Shown: positions 44,580 through 53,986 of the stretch, one piece after another | Numbering within the stretch: the first letter of the stretch is position 1 | How the letters are laid out: every line of letters begins with the position of its first letter | Assembly (NCBI GenBank): GCA_965203175.1 | Contig: OZ241867.1 | Coordinates: 2,976,001-3,040,000, forward strand | Source: Candidatus Latescibacterota bacterium | GTDB lineage: Bacteria > Latescibacterota > UBA2968 > UBA8231 | DNA length: 64,000 nt | Direction: 5' to 3' | Translations under genes and position numbers: made by a program | The notes under the pieces: generated by a model | Told to the model about the DNA's origin: nothing | Seen by the model: the letters and a program-made list of their open reading frames with translations, nothing else | Database searches by the model: none

Positions 44580-45854
44580 ATGAAAGTAAAGCTCGACTAT
44601 GGCCGCGACGGCCTCAAAATCGAAGTGCCCAACTCGGCCGCGGTATTGCAGATGGCTCCGAGTGAGGGGCTCGACCGGATCGAGGAGCGGATAGATCACG
44701 TGCTGGCCCGCCCGATAGGGACTCCGTCTTTGCGGCGGCTGGCGCGGGGACGCAAAAACGCCTGCATAGTCATTGCCGATATTACCCGCCCGGTCCCCAA
44801 CGCCGTTATTTTGCCACCAATGCTGCGGATTCTCGAAGAGGAAGGCATCGCTCGCGAGGATATTACTCTGTTGGTCGGCACTGGCCTGCACCGGCCCAAC
44901 GAAGGTGAGGAATTGGTACAGCTCGTCGGGGCTGACATCGCCTGCAACTATCGCATTGTCAACCACACCGCCCGCCGCCGCGAGACCCTGACGTATCTGG
45001 GGGAAACCTCGGGGGGTGCCCCAATATGGATCGCCGCGCTTTATGTAGAGGCCGACCTGAAAATCGCTACCTCGCTGATCGAGCCGCACTTGATGGCTGG
45101 GTACTCGGGTGGCCGCAAGGCCATTTGCCCAGGATTGATGGGCATTGAGACGATGCGCGTCCTACACGGCCCCGAATTGTTGAGTCACCCTCGGGTGTGC
45201 GAAGGCTCTATTGAAGGAAATCCCTTCCACCGCCAAGCCCTCGAAGTGGCGCAGCGCGCTGGCGTTGATTTTACATTTAATGTGGCCATGAATGACCAGC
45301 GGCAAATCACCGGCCTGTTCTGCGGCGACCTAGAGAAGGCCCATGCCGAAGGGGCCCGCTTCGTCGAGCAACAGAACGGCGTCTTGGTTGACGAGCCGGT
45401 TGACATCGCGGTCACTAGCAGCGCTGGCTGGCCGCTCGACCTGACGTTTTACCAAGCCGTCAAGGGTCTGACGGCGGTGTTGCCAATCGTCAAAGAGGGT
45501 GGGACGATCCTCATTGCTGCCCGCTGCGCCGAGGGTTTGGGCAGTGCAGAATTTGTAGCGATGCTGTTAGGCGCATCCGGTGCCGCCGAATTCTCGGACC
45601 TCCTTGCGGACTCCGATTTCTTCGCCATCGACCAATGGCAATTACAAGAGCTGTGCAAGGTACTCGACAAGGCGGAGGTTATGTTCTACTCGGAGGGGAT
45701 TGATCCTCAGTACCGCGACAAGGTATGGGTCGAGGTCATTCCCTCTGTGGAGCAAGGGCTAGCTGCGGCGCTAGCGCGGCACGGTATCGGAGCGCGCATA
45801 GCGGTCGTGCCCCAAGGCCCTTACGTACTCACGCAAACCAAAGGAGAGCACTGA
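44580..45854 (+). CDS. larA: Nickel-pincer-dependent lactate racemase family protein (LarA/LarAH)
   Basis: DITRPVP, GTGLHR, EPHLMAGYSGGRKAI, DLTFYQAVKG. Confidence 0.88.
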   Translation: MKVKLDYGRDGLKIEVPNSAAVLQMAPSEGLDRIEERIDHVLARPIGTPSLRRLARGRKNACIVIADITRPVPNAVILPPMLRILEEEGIAREDITLLVGTGLHRPNEGEELVQLVGADIACNYRIVNHTARRRETLTYLGETSGGAPIWIAALYVEADLKIATSLIEPHLMAGYSGGRKAICPGLMGIETMRVLHGPELLSHPRVCEGSIEGNPFHRQALEVAQRAGVDFTFNVAMNDQRQITGLFCGDLEKAHAEGARFVEQQNGVLVDEPVDIAVTSSAGWPLDLTFYQAVKGLTAVLPIVKEGGTILIAARCAEGLGSAEFVAMLLGASGAAEFSDLLADSDFFAIDQWQLQELCKVLDKAEVMFYSEGIDPQYRDKVWVEVIPSVEQGLAAALARHGIGARIAVVPQGPYVLTQTKGEH

Positions 45855-46936
45855 TGTCCGCTAGACACAGGTGGTTTTTGCGAGGGGGACTTGCTTTGTT
45901 GGCCGCGCTGTACTGGGGGGCAGACGGAAGGGCGGCTGTGGTGCCGATTATGGGGTTGGGCGATCAAAAGGAAGAGGAGGAAGCTCCAAAGGATTCAGTG
46001 GTCAGCGACAGCGCCATCTCGGAGGGGCTGAAGCAGCGGCTGCTTTTCATGCCCTTTCGCGACAAGTCGAAATATAAGGGCGAGTGGGACATATACTCGG
46101 CCATACCCCGAGGCTTGGCCGATTCGTTGCGCGGCAGTGCCTTTTTCAGCACTGTGTCTATTGATTCGGCGCTGGTGCGATTAAAAAAGAAAGAATTGCA
46201 GGGCAAGCTCGATGTTGGGCTCGCCTTGGCCATTGGCCGCGAGGTGGATGCCGACTACGTCGTCTTGGGGCAGATCGACGAGATGAGTATGAAGCGCTTT
46301 CGCGCCACCGTGCCCATCGGCGGCTATCGCAGCTATCAGGGTCTGACCACGGTGCGGCTGTATCCCTATAAGGTCATAGACGGGGAAGCAGCCGGCGAGG
46401 TGATGCGGGAAGTAGCTGAGGACAGCAAGCGCTATGGGATCACCAATCCGGCGGCCTTCGTGCCACTGGAAAAAGAGTACTTTCTCTTGGGACAGATGGA
46501 GTGGGGGAGCGAGGAATTCCACAATACCTTGCTAGGCAAGTCGGTGGGTCGATGTCTAGATCACTTGGCCGCCGGGCTAGATAGCCTCATCCAACCTCCC
46601 GCCGCACTCAAGGTCTCCGAGCCGAAAATCATAGAAGTGGTGGCTGACACGGTGCAGGCTGATACAGGGGAAAACGGCCAATCTGTGCGAGTGCGATTGA
46701 GCGCTTATATTAATGTGGGATTAGCCGATTCAGTGCAGAAAGGCAACAAGTACGGCGTGTGGGACAAGGGGCGGGAACTGAAAGATCCAGATACCGGCGA
46801 GGTGTTGGGAACGTCCCTGCCGCGCCGGGTCGGCGTCGTGCAAGTCGAACAGGTGCTCAGCCAACACCTGTCGCTGGTGAGGATTCTGCAAGGGGAAGAC
46901 GCCGTGCAAAAAGACTACGGAATTCGCGCCGAATAA
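45854..46936 (+). CDS. Exported protein, CsgG/TolB-N-like domain plus FlgT-C-like domain
   Basis: Signal peptide; LLFMPF..LADSL..AIGREVDADYVVLGQI; C-terminal YINVG..KG..V..GRELKDPDTGEVLG..VGVVQV. Confidence 0.6.
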   Translation: MSARHRWFLRGGLALLAALYWGADGRAAVVPIMGLGDQKEEEEAPKDSVVSDSAISEGLKQRLLFMPFRDKSKYKGEWDIYSAIPRGLADSLRGSAFFSTVSIDSALVRLKKKELQGKLDVGLALAIGREVDADYVVLGQIDEMSMKRFRATVPIGGYRSYQGLTTVRLYPYKVIDGEAAGEVMREVAEDSKRYGITNPAAFVPLEKEYFLLGQMEWGSEEFHNTLLGKSVGRCLDHLAAGLDSLIQPPAALKVSEPKIIEVVADTVQADTGENGQSVRVRLSAYINVGLADSVQKGNKYGVWDKGRELKDPDTGEVLGTSLPRRVGVVQVEQVLSQHLSLVRILQGEDAVQKDYGIRAE

Positions 46937-46946
46937 AGGTCGAGAT

Positions 46947-47402
46947 ATGAACGCACTACGAACGGCATGGACGACGGGCTTGGTCTTGCTGCTAGTCTCA
47001 GCGAGTGGAACTAGCAGCGGTCAGATTTATGACCTGCCGGAAGACAGCCGCGTATTCTACGTCTTCTCGCACGATAGGACCCCGCAGCGCCAGCGGATTT
47101 TGCAGCTATGGCAGCAGTTTAGCGCGCAAGATGCTGAGCAGCGGTTTATCGCCATTGCCCGCGACGAGCAAGTGCTAGCGATGGCCGAGGGCCTGACCTT
47201 GTGGTCGGCCGCTATGGCCGCGCAATCGCCGGAGGTACCTGCGTACATTAAGGCGCGGTTGGACGCCGACGGGGATTATTTCGCAGCCATAGATTCCGAG
47301 GGCACTTTGTACTTGGCCGGCCTAGGACAAGACCTGCTGCAACCCTTGTCCACGGAAGTGGATGAAAGCACTTGGGGCAAGGTAAAGGACTTGTTCAGAT
47401 AG
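46947..47402 (+). CDS. Small secreted protein with C-terminal STWGKVKDLFR tail
   Basis: Signal peptide; ends TEVDESTWGKVKDLFR. Confidence 0.65.
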   Translation: MNALRTAWTTGLVLLLVSASGTSSGQIYDLPEDSRVFYVFSHDRTPQRQRILQLWQQFSAQDAEQRFIAIARDEQVLAMAEGLTLWSAAMAAQSPEVPAYIKARLDADGDYFAAIDSEGTLYLAGLGQDLLQPLSTEVDESTWGKVKDLFR

Positions 47403-47406
47403 GATC

Positions 47407-48090
47407 ATGTCCGCCGAGTCTGAGCATAAAGACTTCTCCATTAAGCGCATAGATGCTTTCGCCTGCTGTGCCCGCTTGCTCGCGGCAGGAGCCATGCGGT
47501 ATCACCGTTTGGCGGTCGAAGGTAGTCGCAATCTGCCGCGCGAGGGGCCGGCCCTGATTTTGCCCAAGCATTGCGCGTACCGCGACATTCTGCTCGAAGG
47601 GGTCTTGCTGTATAGGTTCACCCGGCGCTATGCCAACTACATTATGAAGGTTGGTCTGTGGGGGGTGCTAGAGTTGATGGGGGGGGTCAAGGTGGTAAGG
47701 CCCAAAGACATTAGGCGGATCGCCGATCGGGAGCAACGCCGCGCTGAGATTCGGCGCGCGCGCGCGGCCAACCAACAGATGCAAGACTATTTAGATGGGC
47801 TGTACCAGCGCGGGGAATTGGTCGTTTCACACCCGGAAGGCATGCGCTATCAAGACAAGTTAGGACCCCTGCAAAAGGAAGTAGTCGAGCATCTGGTACA
47901 GGCCGAAGAGCGGTTGGGGATGCGCGTGCCGTTGATTCCCATCGGCTTGGAGTACGATAGCTACGCTCGGCCTGGGGCGCAGGTGTACTTTCGGGTTGAC
48001 GAACCGCTCTACGCGGATTCCTTCGCCAATGTTAACGAACTGATGGATCATCTCGGCAATCGCTTGCGAATACTCAGCGGTCTAGCCTGA
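47407..48090 (+). CDS. Lysophospholipid acyltransferase (PlsC family)
   Basis: EGSRNLP, HCAYRD (HxxxxD), HPEG, VPLIPIG. Confidence 0.8.
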   Translation: MSAESEHKDFSIKRIDAFACCARLLAAGAMRYHRLAVEGSRNLPREGPALILPKHCAYRDILLEGVLLYRFTRRYANYIMKVGLWGVLELMGGVKVVRPKDIRRIADREQRRAEIRRARAANQQMQDYLDGLYQRGELVVSHPEGMRYQDKLGPLQKEVVEHLVQAEERLGMRVPLIPIGLEYDSYARPGAQVYFRVDEPLYADSFANVNELMDHLGNRLRILSGLA

Positions 48091-48124
48091 TGGCTGAGTG
48101 TGCAATACCCAGTAAGGAGAATAC

Positions 48125-49300
48125 ATGTTCAAGCTATTTGCACTGGTTTTAGCCGTCGCGATCGCAGGATGTGGCTCGAACCAAGTTAAAATCGAGATCA
48201 AGGGCGGGGACGGCCAGCTCGTGCGCTTAGATGCCAATGACGTCCAATACAAATTCAACCACTTGGTCAAAGCTGGAACCTACGTCTTGCCCGAACCGGA
48301 CAGTAAAATCGAATTGGGCGGTGGTGCGTACGCCGTCAATGTCGCCGCGGGGGATTATCTGGGGAATGAGGTCTTGCAAGTGGAATCGCCGCCGCTATGG
48401 GGCATGCGGACCTACGAGGCGATATTCGATATTCCCGCTAGTAGCAATGCCCCTTTCAAGCGCGAGGGCACGATTCTCTACGCCTCGACTAAGAAAAACG
48501 TCCGCAACTGGGACTTGTTCATCATTAAGGCCGATGGCAGCGACCGCCAGCAGCTAACCAACACTCCCGAACCCGAGCAGCATCCCTCTTGGTCGCCCGA
48601 CGGCAAGAAGATTCTCTTCACCCGCGGCGACGTGATGAGCAACATCGACCTCTACGTCATGGATGCCGATAGCTCTAATGCCGTGCGCCTAACCGAACAC
48701 CCCGAGCGCGACCAGCGCGGTGTTTTTTCGCCCGACGGCGAGACGATCGCCTTCGTCAGCCAGCGCGACGGCGATGTGGCCGTCTGGCTCATGGACGCCG
48801 ATGGGGCCAACCCGCGGAAGTTGGTCCAAGGTGATCAGCCTTCGTTTTCGCCTGATGGCCGCCGCATTGCCTTTACTTCTTCGGCCTTCGACGACAATGC
48901 CGAGATCTACCTCATCGATCTCGACGGGTCGAATCGGACTCGCCTCACCGAGAATCGGCGCAAGCTCGACTTGTTCGCGTCGTTTTCTCCAAAAGGCGAC
49001 CGCTTGGTTTACAACTCGGAGGAGTTTGGTGGTCAAGAGCTGATGCTCATGCGGCCCGACGGGCAAGGGCAGACTCGCATCTCCATTGCCGAGAAGACCT
49101 ACGAGCAAGAGCCAGTCTGGTCACCCGATGGCAAGGGGATAGCTTATGCGGGCAGGATGGGCGACGATGAATACGACATTTACTTGGTCGGAACGGCTGG
49201 ATTCGACTTGGACGAGATGGACGCGCCACCGCTGATGCCCATCAACCTGACCGACAACGACGACCGCGACGATATGTCGCCGAGTTGGCGCTCCTACTGA
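48125..49300 (+). CDS. TolB-like PD40 beta-propeller lipoprotein
   Basis: Lipobox IAGC; repeated WSPDG/FSPDG units and DLYVMDAD. Confidence 0.85.
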   Translation: MFKLFALVLAVAIAGCGSNQVKIEIKGGDGQLVRLDANDVQYKFNHLVKAGTYVLPEPDSKIELGGGAYAVNVAAGDYLGNEVLQVESPPLWGMRTYEAIFDIPASSNAPFKREGTILYASTKKNVRNWDLFIIKADGSDRQQLTNTPEPEQHPSWSPDGKKILFTRGDVMSNIDLYVMDADSSNAVRLTEHPERDQRGVFSPDGETIAFVSQRDGDVAVWLMDADGANPRKLVQGDQPSFSPDGRRIAFTSSAFDDNAEIYLIDLDGSNRTRLTENRRKLDLFASFSPKGDRLVYNSEEFGGQELMLMRPDGQGQTRISIAEKTYEQEPVWSPDGKGIAYAGRMGDDEYDIYLVGTAGFDLDEMDAPPLMPINLTDNDDRDDMSPSWRSY

Positions 49301-49306
49301 TCTGAC

Positions 49307-50917
49307 ATGCAAGCGAAGGGGGCTACGGGCGTTTCTTATCTCTATATCGTCCTTGCCCTGGGGCTGGCCCTGCGGCTTGTGAACCTGCAAGCGCCCCTGA
49401 CCGACAAGCAGGCTTGGCGTCAGACGGACACGGCCGCCATTGCCCGTAATTTTTACGAAGAGGGCTATTCGCTCTTCTATCCACGCGTCGATTGGCGCGG
49501 CACCACCCCTGGGTACGTGGAGACGAATTTGCCGCTGTACCCCTTTGTCGTTGCCCTACTCTATACCATAGCCGATGGTTCCTATGAGTGGCTCGGGCGC
49601 CTCGTGGCGGCACTGTGTTCGACGGCGGCCGCGGCATTTCTCTATTGGCTGGGTCTGCGATTGGGCATGGGGCGGCTGGGCGCGCTTTTAGCTGCTCTGC
49701 TCTATTTGCTTTTTCCCATGAGCATCTACTACGGGCGCACCTTTATGCCCGAGGCGCTGATGATCCTTTTGAGCGTGGGCGCGCTTTGGGCTTTTGCTCG
49801 GTGGATTGACAGCGGTCGCCGATGGGACTTCGCGCTGGCTGCACTGTTGGCCGCCCTGTGTTTCCTCGTCAAAATACCTACCCTCTATCTCGGTTTTCCG
49901 CTGGTCGCCTTAGCGTGGATTCGCTGGGGGTGGCGCTTCTTCATCAGGCCTGCGCTTTGGCTCTATCTCGCGCTGGTCTTAGTGCCTTCTATACTCTGGT
50001 ACTGGCATGCCAACCTGCTCTTTGAGGAAACCGGCCTGACGTTTGGCATCTGGAATCGCTACGGCTATGACAAGTGGGACCACAGCCTGCTCTTTACGGC
50101 GGATTTCTACTGGACGCTATTGAAACGCTTCTGGCATAGCGTCTATACGCCTGTGGGGGCGGTCCTGGTTTTGGCGGGACTCGCCCTCGCGCCTGTCCAA
50201 CGGCGCGAGTGGACACTGTGGGTGTGGATGGGAGGGCTGGTACTCTACTTCTTTGTCGTCCCCGAGGGCAATCGCAGGCTGCATTACTACCAGTTACCCT
50301 TTGTCCCGGTGGGGGCCCTGCTAGCCGGGCGGGTACTCGAAGCCGTTATTGAGACAGATGCCGCATCGGCCGGGTGGTGTAGATTCGCGCGGAACTGGAA
50401 GCACCGCTGGCGCGTCGCTTTAGTATGTACGCTGGTCGTTGGGGTTACCGCCTACAGTGCTTGGGCGGTTGGACCGTATTACGCACAGCCCAACAATTGG
50501 CACAATTACTACCAGAGCTGCCATTTGGTGGGTCGGATAATCGACGCCAAGTTGCCGCAGGATGCGCTGCTGGTCATCGGTGACGAGGACGAAAACACCG
50601 GAGTGCCGCACCGGTCGCAAAGCCCGACCTTGCTCTATTACTGCCATCGCAAGGGATGGCAAATAACTCCGCCCGAATTTGCGCCAGAGCGGCTCGACAG
50701 CCTAGCGGCCGAGGGTGCAGACTATTTTCTAGTCGCGGCTGGCTTCGCCGTGGATAACGAGCCTTTTTGGCAAGATCTCTTGCGCCGGGGCGTGACGATC
50801 CCTTCAGCGCACCCGCGTCAGTGGCACGACAGAGCAGAGTTCATGCGCTTTGTTACCCGGCAGCCAAGAAAGGATCGTCACTTCATTCTCGTATCTCTTG
50901 CAGCCGACGGCGAATAG
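49307..50917 (+). CDS. GT39/ArnT-PMT family polyprenyl-phosphate-sugar glycosyltransferase
   Basis: WRQTDTAAIARNF, E.NLPLYP, GRLVA, YGRTFMPEALM; many TM helices. Confidence 0.8.
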   Translation: MQAKGATGVSYLYIVLALGLALRLVNLQAPLTDKQAWRQTDTAAIARNFYEEGYSLFYPRVDWRGTTPGYVETNLPLYPFVVALLYTIADGSYEWLGRLVAALCSTAAAAFLYWLGLRLGMGRLGALLAALLYLLFPMSIYYGRTFMPEALMILLSVGALWAFARWIDSGRRWDFALAALLAALCFLVKIPTLYLGFPLVALAWIRWGWRFFIRPALWLYLALVLVPSILWYWHANLLFEETGLTFGIWNRYGYDKWDHSLLFTADFYWTLLKRFWHSVYTPVGAVLVLAGLALAPVQRREWTLWVWMGGLVLYFFVVPEGNRRLHYYQLPFVPVGALLAGRVLEAVIETDAASAGWCRFARNWKHRWRVALVCTLVVGVTAYSAWAVGPYYAQPNNWHNYYQSCHLVGRIIDAKLPQDALLVIGDEDENTGVPHRSQSPTLLYYCHRKGWQITPPEFAPERLDSLAAEGADYFLVAAGFAVDNEPFWQDLLRRGVTIPSAHPRQWHDRAEFMRFVTRQPRKDRHFILVSLAADGE

Positions 50918-50946
50918 TTGACAGCAGCCGAGGGCCTATATATTAT
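50918..50946 (+). promoter_or_regulatory. Near-consensus sigma70 promoter
   Basis: TTGACA-17 nt-TATTAT, followed by an AAGGAGG RBS for the 50997 gene. Confidence 0.75.
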
Positions 50947-50996
50947 GGCTCTTAGGTAATTGTCCGTTTTCTACGGTCCGTCACAAGGAGGGAGAG

Positions 50997-51692
50997 ATGG
51001 CGTCGAAGGTCGAATATACCCAGGTGCGAAAGTGGCTTCTGGTCGGTGCTCTAGCGGCTGTTGTAGCTGGCTGTGCCACCACCGGAGGCAGCGGAGGTGG
51101 TTATGGTCTGCCGCCCATTCCCGAGGGCAAGGGGCGGCTCATGTTGGAGACGGGAGGGATCAACGAAGTAAATTACTACGTACTCGACGGAGAGACTGGC
51201 GAGGAGGTCCACTCGGAATCGCCGCGCATGGCCGCGAGTTCACCCATAGGATACGAGACGGGCTACCGCTCTCTGCCGCAATTCGTCGATCTAGACCCTG
51301 GCAGCTATACCGTTGTGGTCAATACGGATATCGATGACAGTGTTGAGAAGGAAGTCGATGTCCTGATGGGACAGGAAATGTACGCGACCATACCCATCGG
51401 TCGTTTTCAGGTCATTTTTTCTGACGCACAGGGTCGCAGTCAGGTGCCTTTCCTGATTTTTGACTACAATTTGCGGACTATGCTAGGCCGGGGCATGACC
51501 TCGACAGAGGTGCGATACTTTATCGTGCCGGTGGGCGAGTATAAGGTTCGAATTGAAAATTCCCCCACTGGTTTGGACGAAATCAGGCCCGTACAGGTGA
51601 GCATGGGACAGACCCAAAACATTCTCATCGGCCCGCCGCCTTCGCCGGCACAACCGGGCGAAAGTGGGAGCGAAGGGGCCGCACAGCCTTAG
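50997..51692 (+). CDS. Lipoprotein with two small beta-sandwich repeats
   Basis: Lipobox VAGC; GRLML..LDPGSYTVVV and GRFQV..VPVGEYKVRI. Confidence 0.7.
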   Translation: MASKVEYTQVRKWLLVGALAAVVAGCATTGGSGGGYGLPPIPEGKGRLMLETGGINEVNYYVLDGETGEEVHSESPRMAASSPIGYETGYRSLPQFVDLDPGSYTVVVNTDIDDSVEKEVDVLMGQEMYATIPIGRFQVIFSDAQGRSQVPFLIFDYNLRTMLGRGMTSTEVRYFIVPVGEYKVRIENSPTGLDEIRPVQVSMGQTQNILIGPPPSPAQPGESGSEGAAQP

Positions 51693-51712
51693 GCTTATCG
51701 CGGAGCAATACC

Positions 51713-52618
51713 ATGAAGCGCACAGGACTATGGAGTGGGGTTGCACTCTTGGCCGCGTTGTGGGTATCGGCCAGTGAAGCTGCTACTTCCCCTCTCAAGG
51801 CGACCATTATCGATCGCTATGGCAACCAGCACCAAGTAGATAAGTTCACCTTTCAGGGGCGTCAGGATTTGGAAATCTACTTCCAAGGGCAGCGTCGTTT
51901 GGTGAAACTAGTCAAGGTGGCTCGGTTGCGCTTTGAAGGGGAACGCAGCGACGAGGAACAGCGCGTCGTGCTCGTATTCCGGAATGGCGTCCAAGAAGCG
52001 GGTTTGATGGTGACGGGAGGCTCTTCTTCGCCCCACCAGGATGCCGTCGGTGGTGGAAGCAGCGGGCGTCGCTTTGCTGGGGTGACCGAGTTGGGGCCTT
52101 TCTTCATCCTCGCCAGCGATGTGCAAGAGATTGTCTTGCGCCATCCCGTCGGCGAGGAGCCGCCGGCAGAAAAAATCCTCAAGGCCACGATCATCACGAC
52201 AAACGGCAGACGCTTTGAGGTGGAAGATTTGCGCTCTCACGGCAAGAAGCGGCTCGACTTTTTCAAGGGACGCAACAAGCGCTTTATCCCTTTAGATAAA
52301 GTGGCGCGAATCGACTTTGAAGACAGCGGGACGGGCGATGAGTTCAGGCCGATAACGGCTACCTATTGGTCGGGGAAAACCGTTATGGGCACGGTCGAGG
52401 CGAGCCTAGTTCGCCTTTCGGGCGAGACCGACAAGAGCTATTTCGAGCGCGTCAACCAAGCCTTTACAGGCGTCGTGGGCTCAAGTCCGTTTGCGATTGG
52501 TATGCACGACATAAAGCACATTCGCTTTCGGAAGGATAGTGATGAAGAGAGAGCTGACGATAAGGCCGAAGACAGCACCGACGACAGTGATAGCAACGGT
52601 GCCGGAGATTCTCAATAA
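51713..52618 (+). CDS. Secreted protein with an internally duplicated unknown domain
   Basis: Signal peptide; two LKATII..G..V....G...L....G......L.KVAR..FE units; acidic tail. Confidence 0.7.
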   Translation: MKRTGLWSGVALLAALWVSASEAATSPLKATIIDRYGNQHQVDKFTFQGRQDLEIYFQGQRRLVKLVKVARLRFEGERSDEEQRVVLVFRNGVQEAGLMVTGGSSSPHQDAVGGGSSGRRFAGVTELGPFFILASDVQEIVLRHPVGEEPPAEKILKATIITTNGRRFEVEDLRSHGKKRLDFFKGRNKRFIPLDKVARIDFEDSGTGDEFRPITATYWSGKTVMGTVEASLVRLSGETDKSYFERVNQAFTGVVGSSPFAIGMHDIKHIRFRKDSDEERADDKAEDSTDDSDSNGAGDSQ

Positions 52619-52701
52619 GTAAATGGCCTCACTCCCCTCTCGATAAATTTCTTATCGGGCGCATGGCCAACAGGCCAGTCTCATGCAAGAATGTAAAATA
52701 C

Positions 52702-52730
52702 TTGCAGACCAGGGGAGATTTCTCTATATT
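52702..52730 (+). promoter_or_regulatory. Candidate sigma70 promoter of the downstream cassette
   Basis: TTGCAG-17 nt-TATATT, about 175 nt upstream of the 52906 ATG. Confidence 0.55.
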
Positions 52731-52905
52731 GCCTCGACTACAAGCCCTCTGCAGCAGTTCCGACTGGTCAGGAAAGAGTCGGAGCGGTTGCTAGTGGGCG
52801 TAATTTTTCACAGGGAAGACAGACCTACGGTAGATCGTAGCCGAAAAGGTCGCCGTCCCAAACCACCACTCTCCCAATAGGGAGTATGAGAAGGAGTCGT
52901 AGCTT

Positions 52906-53808
52906 ATGAAACGTCTATATGGCCTCCTCGCTATGGGCCTAATAGTGGGCCTGACGAGCGGTGCCAGTGCGCATATTGGCGAACAGGTTTACCTGCTCTT
53001 TGAGATCTCTGAGGCCGATCTGGCTGACATTGACTTGCGCGATGCCGATATAGCCGACTGGGAAGATGTCGTTGGTGATGCTTCGCTGATCACCACTGAC
53101 TTTTTTCAGGATCCGACTGTGGGCGACGGTGCCCAGTACGATCCGGCGGATCTAGACTATCGCATCTGGCTAGGCTGGAACGGCAATCTCGGCACCATGT
53201 GGATGGCTATGGAGCGCATCGACAACGTGTACATTAACGAGTACGCTGGCGGTGACTTAGGTAGCTTGTGGAGGCAAGATGCCATTGAGTTCATGCTTGA
53301 TGGCGACCACACTGGTGGCGATTACACTGGTTCGGCTGATGAGAACTGGACCGACGAAGAGAAAGACCTGAATAACAACCGCACGGCTCAGCAGTACGTG
53401 GCTATCGGTGATACTCCTGATGGCCGCCACGTCGGCTATCTGGGCAAAGGCACCGAGTGGGTCAATGCACTGCCCTATGCTGACGGCGGTGGAGGGTCAA
53501 CCGGCGATGGCCCGACGACCACAATCATTGAGTTCTTCGTCACGCCTTTCGACGACCTGATCTGGAACAGCCCGGACGATAGCGTAGCTTCGGAGCTGGT
53601 CGATGGCAAGATCATTGGTTTCCAGATTTCGGCTCAGGACATGGATGAGGGGCCGAGTGACTACCGCGCTTTTCACACCTTGTCTGGTCAGGCCGCGACT
53701 TGGCGCTTTGCCGAGCGCTTCGTCGATGGTCGCTTGGTCGGCGTTGGTGGTGACGGTACGGCGGTCGAAGAAGACTCTTGGGGTCGCATCAAGGCCGCGT
53801 TTGAGTAA
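52906..53808 (+). CDS. Secreted CBM9/DOMON-like (putative sugar-binding) protein with C-terminal SWGRIKAAFE tail
   Basis: Signal peptide (ASA); D..I.DW, DLDYRIWLGW, W..DAIEFMLDGD, IIGFQI..D.D pattern; AAGGAG RBS; very acidic. Confidence 0.65.
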   Translation: MKRLYGLLAMGLIVGLTSGASAHIGEQVYLLFEISEADLADIDLRDADIADWEDVVGDASLITTDFFQDPTVGDGAQYDPADLDYRIWLGWNGNLGTMWMAMERIDNVYINEYAGGDLGSLWRQDAIEFMLDGDHTGGDYTGSADENWTDEEKDLNNNRTAQQYVAIGDTPDGRHVGYLGKGTEWVNALPYADGGGGSTGDGPTTTIIEFFVTPFDDLIWNSPDDSVASELVDGKIIGFQISAQDMDEGPSDYRAFHTLSGQAATWRFAERFVDGRLVGVGGDGTAVEEDSWGRIKAAFE

Positions 53809-53834
53809 CAGTAGCGTCCTGCTGTTTTCCTAAA

Positions 53835-53872
53835 TTTTAAGGAGAGGGGGAATATTCCTCCTCTCCTTAAAA
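53835..53872. terminator. Strong hairpin after the 52906 gene (terminator or stabiliser)
   Basis: TTTTAAGGAGAGG...CCTCTCCTTAAAA, a perfect 13-bp inverted repeat. Confidence 0.7.
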
Positions 53873-53986
53873 TCATCTTATGGCTATCGCATAGCTTGGG
53901 TAGCACCTTCCTCGCGTCATAATACCTCGCTCCTAGTTGCCCATGTGAAAACCTAGGCAGCGCAAATTCTACCGGGGAGTAACGGA

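Noticed and set aside
52745-52800. SRP RNA or c-di-GMP/c-di-AMP riboswitch
   Set aside because: GTCAGG is present but the conserved SRP loop and riboswitch core motifs are missing; kept only as an unclassified leader.
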